Below, in pieces: positions 25,897 through 36,264 of a DNA stretch of 64,000 bases (positions within the stretch are counted from its first letter, which is position 1; each line of letters starts with the position of its first letter). The position numbers were made by a program, and so were the translations under genes. Under the pieces are notes generated by a model. The model made no database searches. It had not been told where the DNA came from and saw only the letters and a program-made list of their open reading frames with translations. Source of the stretch: Eledone cirrhosa (taxonomy: Eukaryota); assembly GCA_964016885.1 (NCBI GenBank), contig OZ024754.1, positions 17,794,001-17,858,000 of the forward strand, read 5' to 3'.

Positions 25897-25976
25897 CTAA
25901 TTTAATCAAAAGAAAACAATTTATACGGTCAGAAATTGGTGTCAAAGTTCAATAAAATATATTATAATGATTTCTT

Positions 25977-26160
25977 TATTTAATAATAATTGTTACTACA
26001 TTTGGCACAAGGCCTACAATTACCTAGTGTATTACTGGTACTTTATTTTATCGACCCTGTAAGGATGAAAGGAAAAGTTAACCTCGGCGGGATTTGAACT
26101 CAGACCATAAAGGGACGTAACTCTTTGCTGGAAAGCATGGCGTTCGACCCTCTACCGATA
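25977..26160 (-). mobile_element. tRNA-derived SINE with a 13-bp TSD
   Basis: Same family as 2191. TSD ATAATGATTTCTT at 25964-25976 and 26158-26170. Confidence 0.88.
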
Positions 26161-26366
26161 ATGATTTCTTATTATAATAAAAAGTAAAAAATAAAATATA
26201 TAGATATATATATACAAGTAAAAAGATTTTGCTTCAAGCATAACGTTATACAATATGTATAGAAATTTCATATCTCCAAAGAAATACAGTTTTAGGAAGC
26301 CGTAGCTATGCAAACACCGGGGGGGCTAACGCCCTCTGGTGATGTCCAGCAGAAGCGATGGGGGAC

Positions 26367-26412
26367 AACCGTTTATACATTTCAGGCTTAACTGGCCTTC
26401 GTCAGGACGGTC
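26367..26412 (-). ncRNA. Minimal type I hammerhead ribozyme (family A)
   Basis: Minus strand reads ACCGTC-CTGACGA-AGGC cagttaa GCCT-GAAA-TGTA-TA-AACGGT. Confidence 0.75.
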
Positions 26413-26523
26413 CCTCCCACCGCTTGCGACTGCTGGACTAGAAGACAGCCGAGAATATATAGTTTTCTCGTCTGTGTAAATGAGGTGATTAATCTCATTT
26501 GCATATGAAGCTGCATAAGTTGG

Positions 26524-26568
26524 ATCGTCCTGACGAAGGCCAGTTAAGCCTGAAATGCATAGACGGTT
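26524..26568 (+). ncRNA. Minimal type I hammerhead ribozyme (family A)
   Basis: ATCGTC-CTGACGA-AGGC cagttaa GCCT-GAAA-TGCA-TA-GACGGT; palindromic ATGCAT stem III. Confidence 0.85.
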
Positions 26569-26814
26569 GTCCATCAATTCCAATGATTCCAGGTCTGTTT
26601 TTATCACTTATTTTGTTTGATCTCTTTAGCTTGATTTGTTTTGGGGCTTAGGTGGTTAATGCCTTCTTGACCACTTTTCAGTTTGTATGGTGTTTTAACA
26701 TATTGTTTAGCTCTAGTTTTCTTAACTATTGAACGCTTGCCAGCATAACTCTGATTTTGCATTTCGTTTCACTTTTTCTACCCGCCGCAATGCGATTCTC
26801 ACTGAATTCATATT

Positions 26815-26828
26815 TGTATATATATATT

Positions 26829-26872
<44 letters not shown>

Positions 26873-26891
26873 AATATATATATATATACAA

Positions 26892-26978
<87 letters not shown>
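26815..26978. repeat. (TA)n microsatellite
   Basis: Directly visible. Confidence 0.95.
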
Positions 26979-26979
26979 A

Positions 26980-27428
26980 ACAGAAAAAATAAACGAAATT
27001 TCATTTCCCACTCTTAGTACGGCTGTTACTTAAATATATGTATGTACACATACATACATATATGTATACAGACGTACAGTAGTATGTATATATATATACA
27101 TACATGCACACATATATATATGCATGTATGGATTCACCGAACATTTATTATAATGCTCGGTGTGTTTGTAAACAAACATCCCGTATTAAGCCGTAGTGTC
27201 CAGCAACCATCGTTGCTCGTTTGTTCAACACTGACAAAGGAACGCTGTACTAGTTTCAAGCTTATTAGCTATCTTCAGCAACGTATACCTTCCTGCCAGA
27301 TTGTTGAACGTATATACTTACCTTATGCATATTAACGGCTGAGTAGCCCAATTTGCATATCGAGTGGGTTAATCGGCCAGGTGCACCAAAAACAATAAAC
27401 GGAAAAAATGAAACGTTTCATTTTTTCC
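26980..27428 (-). mobile_element. Solo unit of the 428-bp HHR repeat family, with hammerhead at 27242-27284
   Basis: Homologous to the units at 31975-34612. Minus strand reads ACGTTG-CTGAAGA-tAGCT aata AGCTt-GAAA-CTAG-TA-CAGCGT. Confidence 0.85.
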
Positions 27429-29085
27429 AAACCCTAACAAGACAGGCAGAACAGAAACAAATAAGCACCATGAGCCCGACACCACCACACGGGCGATGGT
27501 GACGAGTACGCTTAACCATGAGATGAAACCCAATATGAGTAGCAGTCTCAGGGATGATGATAACCACCCCGGGCCCGACGACCCCAACCGCAGGACACGT
27601 GGGGGGCTAACGGGGGACCACCCCACAGTGGATCTCCCAGCGCGGGCAATGACCACCCCACAGATTCTGGCCGTGAAGATAGCAAAACGCATAGCGCCCA
27701 AAGAGGAAGCAACAATGCGGGAACGACCAGCAACCCAACAACTCATGACGCCCCCAACCCACCCATATAGGAGTAGACGCAGAAAAATCACGTGGTACAA
27801 CCCACCCTACTCAGCGGCCCTAAAGAACAGCTTGGCCCGATCATTCTTTGGAGCACTTGATAAATGCTTCCCGAGGGACCATAGATACCACAAGATCTTC
27901 AACAGACAGACTGTGAAGCTCACGTATTCCACCACGAGAAATCTGGCCCAACAGGAGTAGGCTTAAAAAACACACACAACCAGAAGATGGCAATATAAGC
28001 ACCCAGCAGAACCATGTGGAAGGAGGGAAGGGGGACCCAGTGCCCACCCAAGAAACTCAAACAAACCCGGGGACCCCCCACCGTGCCCGGGGGAAGACCA
28101 CCATGTAACACGTAACGGGAACTCCACACTAGGCACGCAGAGGTCGACCACCCTCTGCAACTGCAGAAACCCCGAAACATGCCCCCTTAGTAATGAATGC
28201 CTTAAGAAGAACCTAATATACAGATGTAGGGTTAAAACCCCCAACTCCGAATACCTCTACATAGGAGCCACATCAACAAGCTTTAAAGACCGCTGGTATA
28301 ACCATCGCCATTCCTTCAATAAGGAGGCCAAAAGGAAAAGTACGGCTCTTTCCGACCTGATCTGGAAGCTTAAGCTGGACAGGACCCCCATACTCTCTGG
28401 CCTGGTCCATAATCAGGAAGGTACCACCTGATAAAGAGGGATCTGGCATATGCAAACTATGTCTGAACGAGACCCTCGAGATACTAAGAGGTGGAAGCCG
28501 CCTGATAAACCTCAGAACCGACTTCTTCGGCAACATGCAGACACCTCAAAACCGGGACCTTCCTCAAGATATATGGACAGTAGCAACACAATAAGATGTG
28601 AACTCCCCTCAAGCTATAGGGACTTCTCCAGAACATGTAGACACCTCTCGGCCAGACCTCCCTCAAGCTATATGGGCAGTAACAACACCATAGGTTGGGA
28701 ACTCCCCTCAAGCCATAAGGACCCACCCAGGCTGAGCAGACACCATGATAGCCTAGAGATTGATTCTGACACAGCCTTTCTAATTTGGCCAACATCTTTA
28801 TAACACACACACATTTTATTTTACTTGATTTTTCATTTTATTTTTCATTTGTTTTGTTTTCTTCACTTTATTGCCTTCTATTTAAGTTGAGAATGGTTAT
28901 AACACACACACATTTTATTTGATTATCTTATTTCGTTTTATTCTTTTATTCTTTTATTCTTTTATTCTTTTATTCTTTTACCATCTTGTTCCTCCTACCA
29001 CTTTATCCAACATCTTATTGACCTGGAGATTGGTTATAGCACACACACATTTTATTTTATTTGAATCTTCACCTCTATTTTCCAC

Positions 29086-29170
29086 TTTTCATTTTTCAAT
29101 TTCCATTTTTCATTTTTCATTTTTCATTTTTCATTTTTCATTTTTCATTTTTCATTTTTCATTCATTTTT
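29086..29170. repeat. (TTTTTCA)n simple repeat in the Penelope 3' region
   Basis: Directly visible. Confidence 0.85.
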
Positions 29171-29924
29171 CATTTATTTTCTATTTATTATTTATTTCCT
29201 GTTTTCTTCATTTTATTGCCTTCTATTTCTTCATATACATGGCAGACGCCACCACCACCACCACCACCATCACCACGAGAGATGGTGGCAGGATGGATGA
29301 AGAAACACACACAGATACTTCTAAATGTCAGCAGCAGCAAGACATAGGCTGACCACAACACCAACAATACTACCAAAATAAGGGTAGAGGTCAGATGTAC
29401 TTAACAATAGCAAAAACAAACACTACAGGGAACCTCACCTCAGAAAGAATTTCTATAGACTTTTGACTGAGGAATGCTCTCAAAACTGACCAATGGGAGG
29501 AGTGACCTTACAAATTTGTATAACATTGAGATTGGGTATAACACACACACATTTTATTTGATTATTTTATTTTGTTCCTTTACCACCTTATTCCTTCTAC
29601 CACTTTATTATTTTTTTTAGCTGACTCTAACACCAACACCACTACCAACATAAGAGTAGAGGTCAGATGTACTTAACAATAACAAGAACAACCACCACAG
29701 ATTGCCTTGCCTCAGAACGAATTTCTATAGACTTTTGACTGAGGAATGTTCTCACAACTGACCAATGAGAGGAGATGTCCTTTGACGCTAAAATTCGTTT
29801 GTTTAAATTCATACGATTCCAGTTCCTCAGTGAAACAACCCAACCAGGAACTGGGCATATCAGAGTATTGACAAAGTTAAACACCTCAACAACATGTGTA
29901 CTCATCTCTACCACACTAATTCGG

Positions 29925-29981
29925 ACTGCCTGAAGAGGTCACAGCCAAAGATGGCTGTCACCGAAATATATATATAGCAGT
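29925..29981 (+). ncRNA. Type I hammerhead ribozyme (family B, Penelope pLTR)
   Basis: ACTGC-CTGAAGA-GGTcACAGCCA aaga TGGCTGTcACC-GAAA-TATATATA-TA-GCAGT. Confidence 0.87.
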
Positions 29982-30936
29982 AATAAACGAATCCAAATTT
30001 TAAACATTTGACTTATTTATTTTATTTTATTTTACATTACTCCGGAGTAACCAAACCAACCTGCGTACTTCGTCGAGTGCTCCAATCTGCATACTGAGGT
30101 GTTTGTATACAACCAACATATACTCAGAATATATATATATTAATATATATATTGTTTAATAAATGTTTGTTAATTGCTGATTTATGTATTTCCTTCCTTA
30201 ACTCTATAATTTTCACTTCTATCTGTTGCATTGTCATATATATTTATTGTTTGATCAATTATTTCCGGAAATCTGTCTTACTGGGTATTTGTTGCTGTTG
30301 TTATATCATGCAATTTTATATTTGTTTATGTGGGGAACAACTTTTCCTACATCACTAAAATAGCAAAAAATAAAGAATATAGGTTATAATTCTGGAAGTA
30401 ATTGATTGAATGACAAATATCGATGGCAGCATCCAATCCAGAGCCTTCTCACACCTGTTGGAGGAACCCCTCTTTGGTTGACCTCCACCACTTTCTGTTT
30501 GGTTTTGATCATGTCAAGGGTGTAACCATACTCACCTCCCTTGGCCAATTGTGGGTTGGTGAGTCTATTTAACCCATACTTGGGGTGGATGGCTATTGAC
30601 ACTGAGGAGTATACGTGCAACAGGAGTTCATGGCAACATAAGATACAGAGAACATAGAAGATATATCCTTGTGTATTTGTCTGTCTCACACTAGAGATGA
30701 CTGAGAAAGGAAGGGGTGATTACTTCGACTGAGGAAGGAAGATGTGATTATGTTGACTGAGGAAGAAAGGGGTGTGTTTGTATCACTTGTATGAGTGAGG
30801 GCAAAAGAACCAACCAACAATCAAACATCTCTTTTTTTATATCATGTATAGATATTACCATTAACCATTATTTTTGACAGCACAGGGCCAGCTAGTATAT
30901 ATAAACAGAAATAACTAGAGTCTCCGAAAGACTTAC

Positions 30937-30998
30937 ATATTTGGCATCAATGGGAAATTCCTTCTGTAATGATGACAATGAATTGTCAGAAGACAAAT
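30937..30998 (-). CDS. NUMA1: NuMA-like host gene, coding exon 6 (YLSSDNSLSSLQKEFPIDAKY)
   Basis: ttgtag acceptor, gtaagt donor; 62 nt, phase 1 to 0, consistent with the flanking exons. Confidence 0.72.
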
Positions 30999-31260
30999 CT
31001 ACAATATAAGGTAAACAAAAAGAAATTTTATCATCACCACAACCATCACCACCACCACCATCACCACCACCACTACCTCTTCCTCATCCTCACCATCATC
31101 ATTATTTTATATCCATTAATGGTTTGGAAAGGTCGTTAGAGTTTAAGGTTTGTTTTAATACAAAGTTACTGACTTCCTATGTGGTTCAGGGGACCATGTC
31201 AGGCATTACAAGTTGTTTATATAGTTGTTTTTACAGAATGAAAATATAAACACAAATATC

Positions 31261-31575
31261 ATCATTCATCCATTTAACATCTATCTTCCACGTTAGCATG
31301 GGTGAGACGGGTTTGTCCTATTTGAGGCAAGTTGGGTCGGGTGACCGTGTTTCGCTCATATAGGACAGTTTCTGGCTGGTTATCTACGGCTGGATGCCTA
31401 TCCTAATGCTAACCACATTTACTGTGTAAGCTGGGTGCTTTATGTCATGACACCTCCACAACCACCTGACAGTGTGGACTGGGTGGTCTTTGCCGTGTTC
31501 CTACACAACCACATTTACAGTGTGTTCTGGGTGCTTTTTGTCGTGACACCTACATGAGCACTTTACAGTGTAGGC
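31261..31575 (-). mobile_element. SINE with an RTE-like 3' tail
   Basis: CAT-rich tail, TTCCACGTTAGCATGGG and CTGGATGCC..TCCTAA core; homologous to 33456-33712. Confidence 0.6.
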
Positions 31576-32248
31576 AAACACATATAATAAATACAATTGA
31601 CTATTGCTAGGAACCTCAGAAATATATTGTACAAAAATAGAGAACCAAACGAGAGAAAAAGGAAAAAATAAACAAACAAAAACAACAATCAATTCACCAC
31701 AAAGTGCGACAATTGACCACACACCACAAGGGTCAGCAAATGAGATTAGAAATATTATTAATTTCACAGCTAAAGATCATCTTGGACAATAGTTGCACTA
31801 ATTCTATGTTGATTTGTTAAATGATGATAAATAAATACATTTTAAAAGGCTTTTATATTTCACAGAATTAAACATTTAAACATTAAAGATATAATCAGAT
31901 TATTGTATAGGCAGTAAACTAACCTGATAATTCAGTAGAACTCTCAAAATCACTGGATGTTACTGGAAAATTATAAACAGATAAATGGAAAAAAATGAAA
32001 CGAAATTTCCTTTCTCACTCTTAGTACAGCTGTTACTTAAATATAAGCATGTATACGTACATACATATATGTATACAGACGCACAGTAGTATGTATATAT
32101 ATACATACATGCACACATATATATATGTACGTATGGGTTTACCAAACATTTATTATAATGTTCGGTTTGTTTGTAAACAAACATCCCGAATTGAGCCGTA
32201 CAGTGTTTAGCAACCATCGTTGCCCTTTTGTTCCACACTGACAAAGGA

Positions 32249-32291
32249 ACGATGTACTAGTTTCAAGCTTATTAACTATCGTCAGCACCGT
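32249..32291 (-). ncRNA. Minimal hammerhead ribozyme (family C)
   Basis: Minus strand reads ACGGTG-CTGACGA-tAGTT aata AGCTt-GAAA-CTAG-TA-CATCGT. Confidence 0.85.
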
Positions 32292-32836
32292 ATACCTTCC
32301 TGCCAGATGATTGAATGTCTGAAAGTATATACTTTCCTTATGCATATTAACAGCTGAGCAGCCTAATTTGCATATCGAGTGAGTTAATCGGCCGGGCGCA
32401 CCGAAAACGATAAATGGAAAAAATGAAACAAAATTTCATTTCTCACTCTTAGTACGGCTGTTACTTAAATGTAAGCATGTATACGTACATACATATATGT
32501 ATACAGACGCACAGTACTATGTGTATATATACATACATGCACACATATATATATATATGTACGTATGGATTTACCGAACATTTATTATAATGCTCGGTTT
32601 GTTTGTAAACAAACATCCCGAATATCCATACGTACATATATATATGTGTGCATGTATGTATATATATATACATACTACAAAATTCATACTGAAATTTCAT
32701 TTCATTTTTTCCATTTGTTGTTTTCGGTGCGCCCGGCCGATTAACTCACTCGATATGCAAATTAGGCTGTTCAGCTGTTAATATGCATAAGGAAAGTATA
32801 TACTTTCAGATGTTCAATCATCTGGCAGGAAGGTAT

Positions 32837-32879
32837 ACGGTGCTGACGATAGCTAATAAGCTTGAAACTCGTACATCGT
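32837..32879 (+). ncRNA. Minimal hammerhead ribozyme (family C)
   Basis: ACGGTG-CTGACGA-tAGCT aata AGCTt-GAAA-CTCG-TA-CATCGT; predicted cleavage after GUA at 32873. Confidence 0.87.
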
Positions 32880-33264
32880 TCCTTTGTCAGTGTTGAACAA
32901 AAGGGCAACGATGGTTGCTAAACACTGTACGGTTTAATTCGGGATGTTTGTTTACAAACAAACCGAGCATTATAATAAATGTTCGGTAAATCCATACGTA
33001 CATATATATATGTGTGCATGTATGTATATATATACATACTACTGTGCATCTGTATACATATATGTATGTACGTATACATGCTTACATTTAAGTAACAGCC
33101 GTACTAAGAGTGAGAAATGAAATTTCGTTTCATTTTTTCCATTTATCGTTTTCGGTGCGCCCGGCCGATTAACTCACTCGATATGCAAATTAGGCTGCTC
33201 AGCCGTTAATATGCATAAGGAAAGTATATACTTTCAGACGTTCAATCATCTGGCAGGAAGGTAT

Positions 33265-33307
33265 ACGGTGCTGACGATAGCTAATAAACTTGAAACTCGT
33301 ACATCGT
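33265..33307 (+). ncRNA. Minimal hammerhead ribozyme (family C)
   Basis: Same core with one stem II mismatch; predicted cleavage after 33301. Confidence 0.8.
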
Positions 33308-33455
33308 TCCTTTGTCAGTGTTGAACAAAATGGCAATGATGGTTGCTAAACACTGTACGGCTTAATTCGGGATGTTTGTTTACAAACAAACCGAGCATTA
33401 TAATAAATGTTCGGTAAATCCATACGTACATATATATATGTGTGCATGTATGTAC

Positions 33456-33712
33456 CATCATCATCACCGTTTTACGTCCGTTCTTCCACGCTAGCATGGG
33501 TTAGATGGGTTGTCCTGTTGTGGGCAGTGTCTGGTCGGCTGACCATGCCTTGCTCATACAGGAACTGATTTGGCTTGATTTCTACAGCTGGATGCCCTTC
33601 CTAACACCAACCTCATTTACAGTGAGTGCTGGGGGCTTTTTCGTGGCGCCTACACGTCCACTTTACAGTGTGGGCTGGATGATTTTTTGCCGTGGCACCT
33701 CCACGACCACCT
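33456..33712 (-). mobile_element. SINE with an RTE-like (TGA)n tail inserted into one retrozyme-like unit
   Basis: CATCATCATCACCGTTTTACGTCCG tail resembles the RTE 3' end; CTGGATGCCCTTCCTAAC core. Lengthens that unit's HHR spacing to 668 bp. Confidence 0.75.
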
Positions 33713-33932
33713 TGCGTCTGTATACATATATGTATGTACATATACATGCTTACATTTAAGTAACAGCCGTACTAAGAGTGAGAAATGAAATTTCGTTTCA
33801 TTTTTTCCATTTATCGTTTTCGGCGCGCCCGGCCGATTAACTCACTCGATATGCAAATTAGGCTGCTCAGCCATTAATATGCATAAGGAAAGTATATACT
33901 TTCAGACGTTCAATCATCTGGCAGAAAGGTAT

Positions 33933-33975
33933 ACGGTGCTGACGATAGCTAATAAGCTTGAAACTCGTACATCGT
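33933..33975 (+). ncRNA. Minimal hammerhead ribozyme (family C)
   Basis: Intact core, identical to the 32837 copy. Confidence 0.87.
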
Positions 33976-34360
33976 TCCTTTGTCAGTGTTGAACAAAATG
34001 GCAACGATGGTTGCTAAACACTGTATGGCTTAATTCGGGATGTTTGTTTACAAACAAACCGAGCATTATAATAAATGTTCGGTAAACCCATACGTACATA
34101 TATATATGTGTGCATGTATGTATATATATACATACTACTGTGCATCTGTATACATATATTTATGTACGTATACATGCTTATATTTAAGTAACAGCCGTAC
34201 TAAGAGTGAAAAATGAAATTCCGTTTCATTTTATCCATTTATCGTTTTCGGTGAGCCCGGCCGATTAACTCACTCGATATGCAAATTAGGCTGCTCAGCC
34301 GTTAATATGCATAAGGAAAGTATAAACTTTCAGACGTTCAACCATCTGGCAGGAAGGTAT

Positions 34361-34403
34361 ACGATGTTGACGATAGCTAATAAACTTGAAACTCGTACAT
34401 TGT
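34361..34403 (+). ncRNA. Hammerhead ribozyme (family C) with a mutated core (TTGACGA)
   Basis: C-to-T in the CUGA box; probably inactive. Confidence 0.65.
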
Positions 34404-34929
34404 TCCTTTGTCAGTGTTGAACAAAATGGCAATGATGGTTGCTAAGCACTGTACGGCTTAATTCGGGATGTTTGTTTACAAACAAACCGAGCATTATAAT
34501 AAATTTTCGGTAAATCCATACGTACATATATATATGTGTGCATGTATGTATATATATACATACTACTGTACGTCTGTATACATATATGTATGTACGTATA
34601 CATGCTTATATAAACAGATAAATTAAGATATATGTAAATGGTGACAACTAGACATGTTATATCACTGGTATTGAGTATATATGTAAATAGAGACATATAT
34701 ATCACTGCACTTTTGTCTTAAATTAAAAGTTATCTGATTTGAGTGTGTACAATGTTGTTCAAGAATATGCATGCATATAACTTGTGAGTGAGTTGTCGGA
34801 GCACCACGTTGATATATGGCATATTTAGGGCATTTTAAACCTAGCTGAGCCCATCTCTCTCCAGGTCAGAATACAGTAGATTTCTTCTAGAGAATGAGAG
34901 AATGGAAATTAGAAAGAGATACAGAGGAA

Positions 34930-35040
34930 CAATTGACCCCAGTACTTGACTGGTACTTTTTTTATCAACCTCAAAAGGACGAAAGACAAAGATGACCTTG
35001 ATAGGATTTGGAGTGCAGAGAGCTTAAACAAATACTGTAA
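34930..35040 (-). mobile_element. Degenerate SINE fragment (Nin-like core)
   Basis: GACCCCAGTACTTGACTGGTACT...TTATCAACCTCAAAAGGACGAAAG. Confidence 0.6.
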
Positions 35041-35205
35041 GATTAAAAGAAATAATTTTTATCTGTATTTATTACAGTAGCAATAGTTTCCCTAGGTCAA
35101 CCGTGACTAGACATATCTATGATCAAAAGTATTTCATCCATGAACAATTCATCTGCTTTGTTAGGCATAATGTATTGAGGAATACATTATCCAATGGCAT
35201 CTATT

Positions 35206-35405
35206 TTAACCCTTTAGAATTTACTATTGTATTTTTGCAGTAAAGGCTTTATCTCACATAATATTGAATCTATGAGATTTCGATATTATTCATTTTGAGA
35301 ACAATACCTTAACATTAGTATGAGTGGCCATTTATGGCCAGGTTGAACAGAAAGTGGCAAGAGAATTCTGACCAGATACAGCTGGTTTAAATGCTAAAGG
35401 GTTAA
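35206..35405. mobile_element. piggyBac-type MITE
   Basis: TTAA TSD with TIR CCCTTTAG.ATTT...AAATGCTAAAGGG; homologous to 44887 and 45536. Confidence 0.82.
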
Positions 35406-35990
35406 GACAGTAGGCTGTAATTTGTGGGAAATTTAGCTGCTCTTTCTAAAAAGACAAACAACCACATTGAGCCTCTGATAAACACATGTGGCTTCATGCA
35501 GTAGAAATTCACATGAAACAATATGTTGTTAATGGTAATGCTATTACATGTGGCTTCATGCAGTTGAAATTCATATGAAACAATATGTTAATAGTAATGC
35601 CATCACCATTCACAACATTTTGTCATATTCTATGCATTGTTATTCTAAAACATTTGTCTGAAACATAGAAGCTTAAAGAATCTAATCAATCTGTTATGAA
35701 TTCTTAATGATTGACAAGATCCCAGACCTCATTTGTTAACCGAGTATGGTTTAACTCATCAAATCAGACAAAGGAAACAATGTTTCCATTGCTGATACTA
35801 TCTTCCAGTTGCAACTCCTGTTATGAATTAGACATTTACAAACCTTCATTATCCTTTCATATCATTGAAATCTTTTGTGTCCATTACTGCTTGCTTCACA
35901 AAATAAGAAGAGTAGACTAAATCTAGGGAAAGAATTTATATGGGGGAAGAAACACTTATGGATAGGTTGAGTCAAAAATGTAAAAATTAC

Positions 35991-36162
35991 AAGATTTAAG
36001 GAGATGATTATCAAGATGAGCTGAAGAGCATTTAGGATTTAAAACATCCTTCAAAATGTTCATTATCTGTAACTGTGACTGCTCGTTCAATGAGAGTGCT
36101 GCATTCATGAAATCCTGTTGGTGTTCACCTTCCACTCCAACTGACAATATAAGTATAGCAAT
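35991..36162 (-). CDS. NUMA1: NuMA-like host gene, coding exon 5 (IAILILSVGVEGEHQQDFMNAALSLNEQSQLQIMNILKDVLNPKCSSAHLDNHLLKS)
   Basis: gtcttgtttcag acceptor, gtaatt donor; 172 nt, phase 0 to 1. Hook/NuMA-type CH-domain C-terminal helices. Confidence 0.8.
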
Positions 36163-36264
36163 CTGAAACAAGACAGAGAACACAGTCATATGATGATTTT
36201 TATAGTGACATTGTGAAAGGTATGAAAGGTATGCTACTTTACACAATAAAATATATATATTTAA

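Larger units (their letters stand above)
27430..30150 (+). mobile_element. 5'-truncated Penelope-like retroelement (thumb remnant plus GIY-YIG endonuclease; 3' pLTR with HHR) ending in (TA)n
   Basis: RRKITWYNPPYS...KIFNRQTVKLTYS; CNCRNPETC...NLIY...YIGAT...FKDRWYNHRHSF...CKLCLNE, with frameshifts and stops. HHR at 29925-29981 followed by AATAAA. Confidence 0.88.
31975..34612. mobile_element. Tandem/inverted array of 428-bp hammerhead-containing non-coding units (putative non-LTR retrozyme or Penelope pLTR multimer)
   Basis: ~1.5 units on the minus strand (31975-32622), then ~4.5 head-to-tail units on the plus strand (~32695-34612). One HHR per full unit; HHR spacing is 428 bp where uninterrupted. 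Confidence 0.85.

Noticed and set aside
26722-27017. (YI)n ORFs here and at 63033-63953
   Set aside because: Translations of (TA)n microsatellites.
28150-28540. Selenocysteine (UGA) codons in the Penelope GIY-YIG regions
   Set aside because: The CxCx5C and CxxC positions inspected use TGT/TGC, and no SECIS could be identified by eye.
35735-35817. Possible extra host exon after a cataacag acceptor
   Set aside because: The required phase gives an immediate stop codon, and exon 5 joins exon 6 in frame without it.
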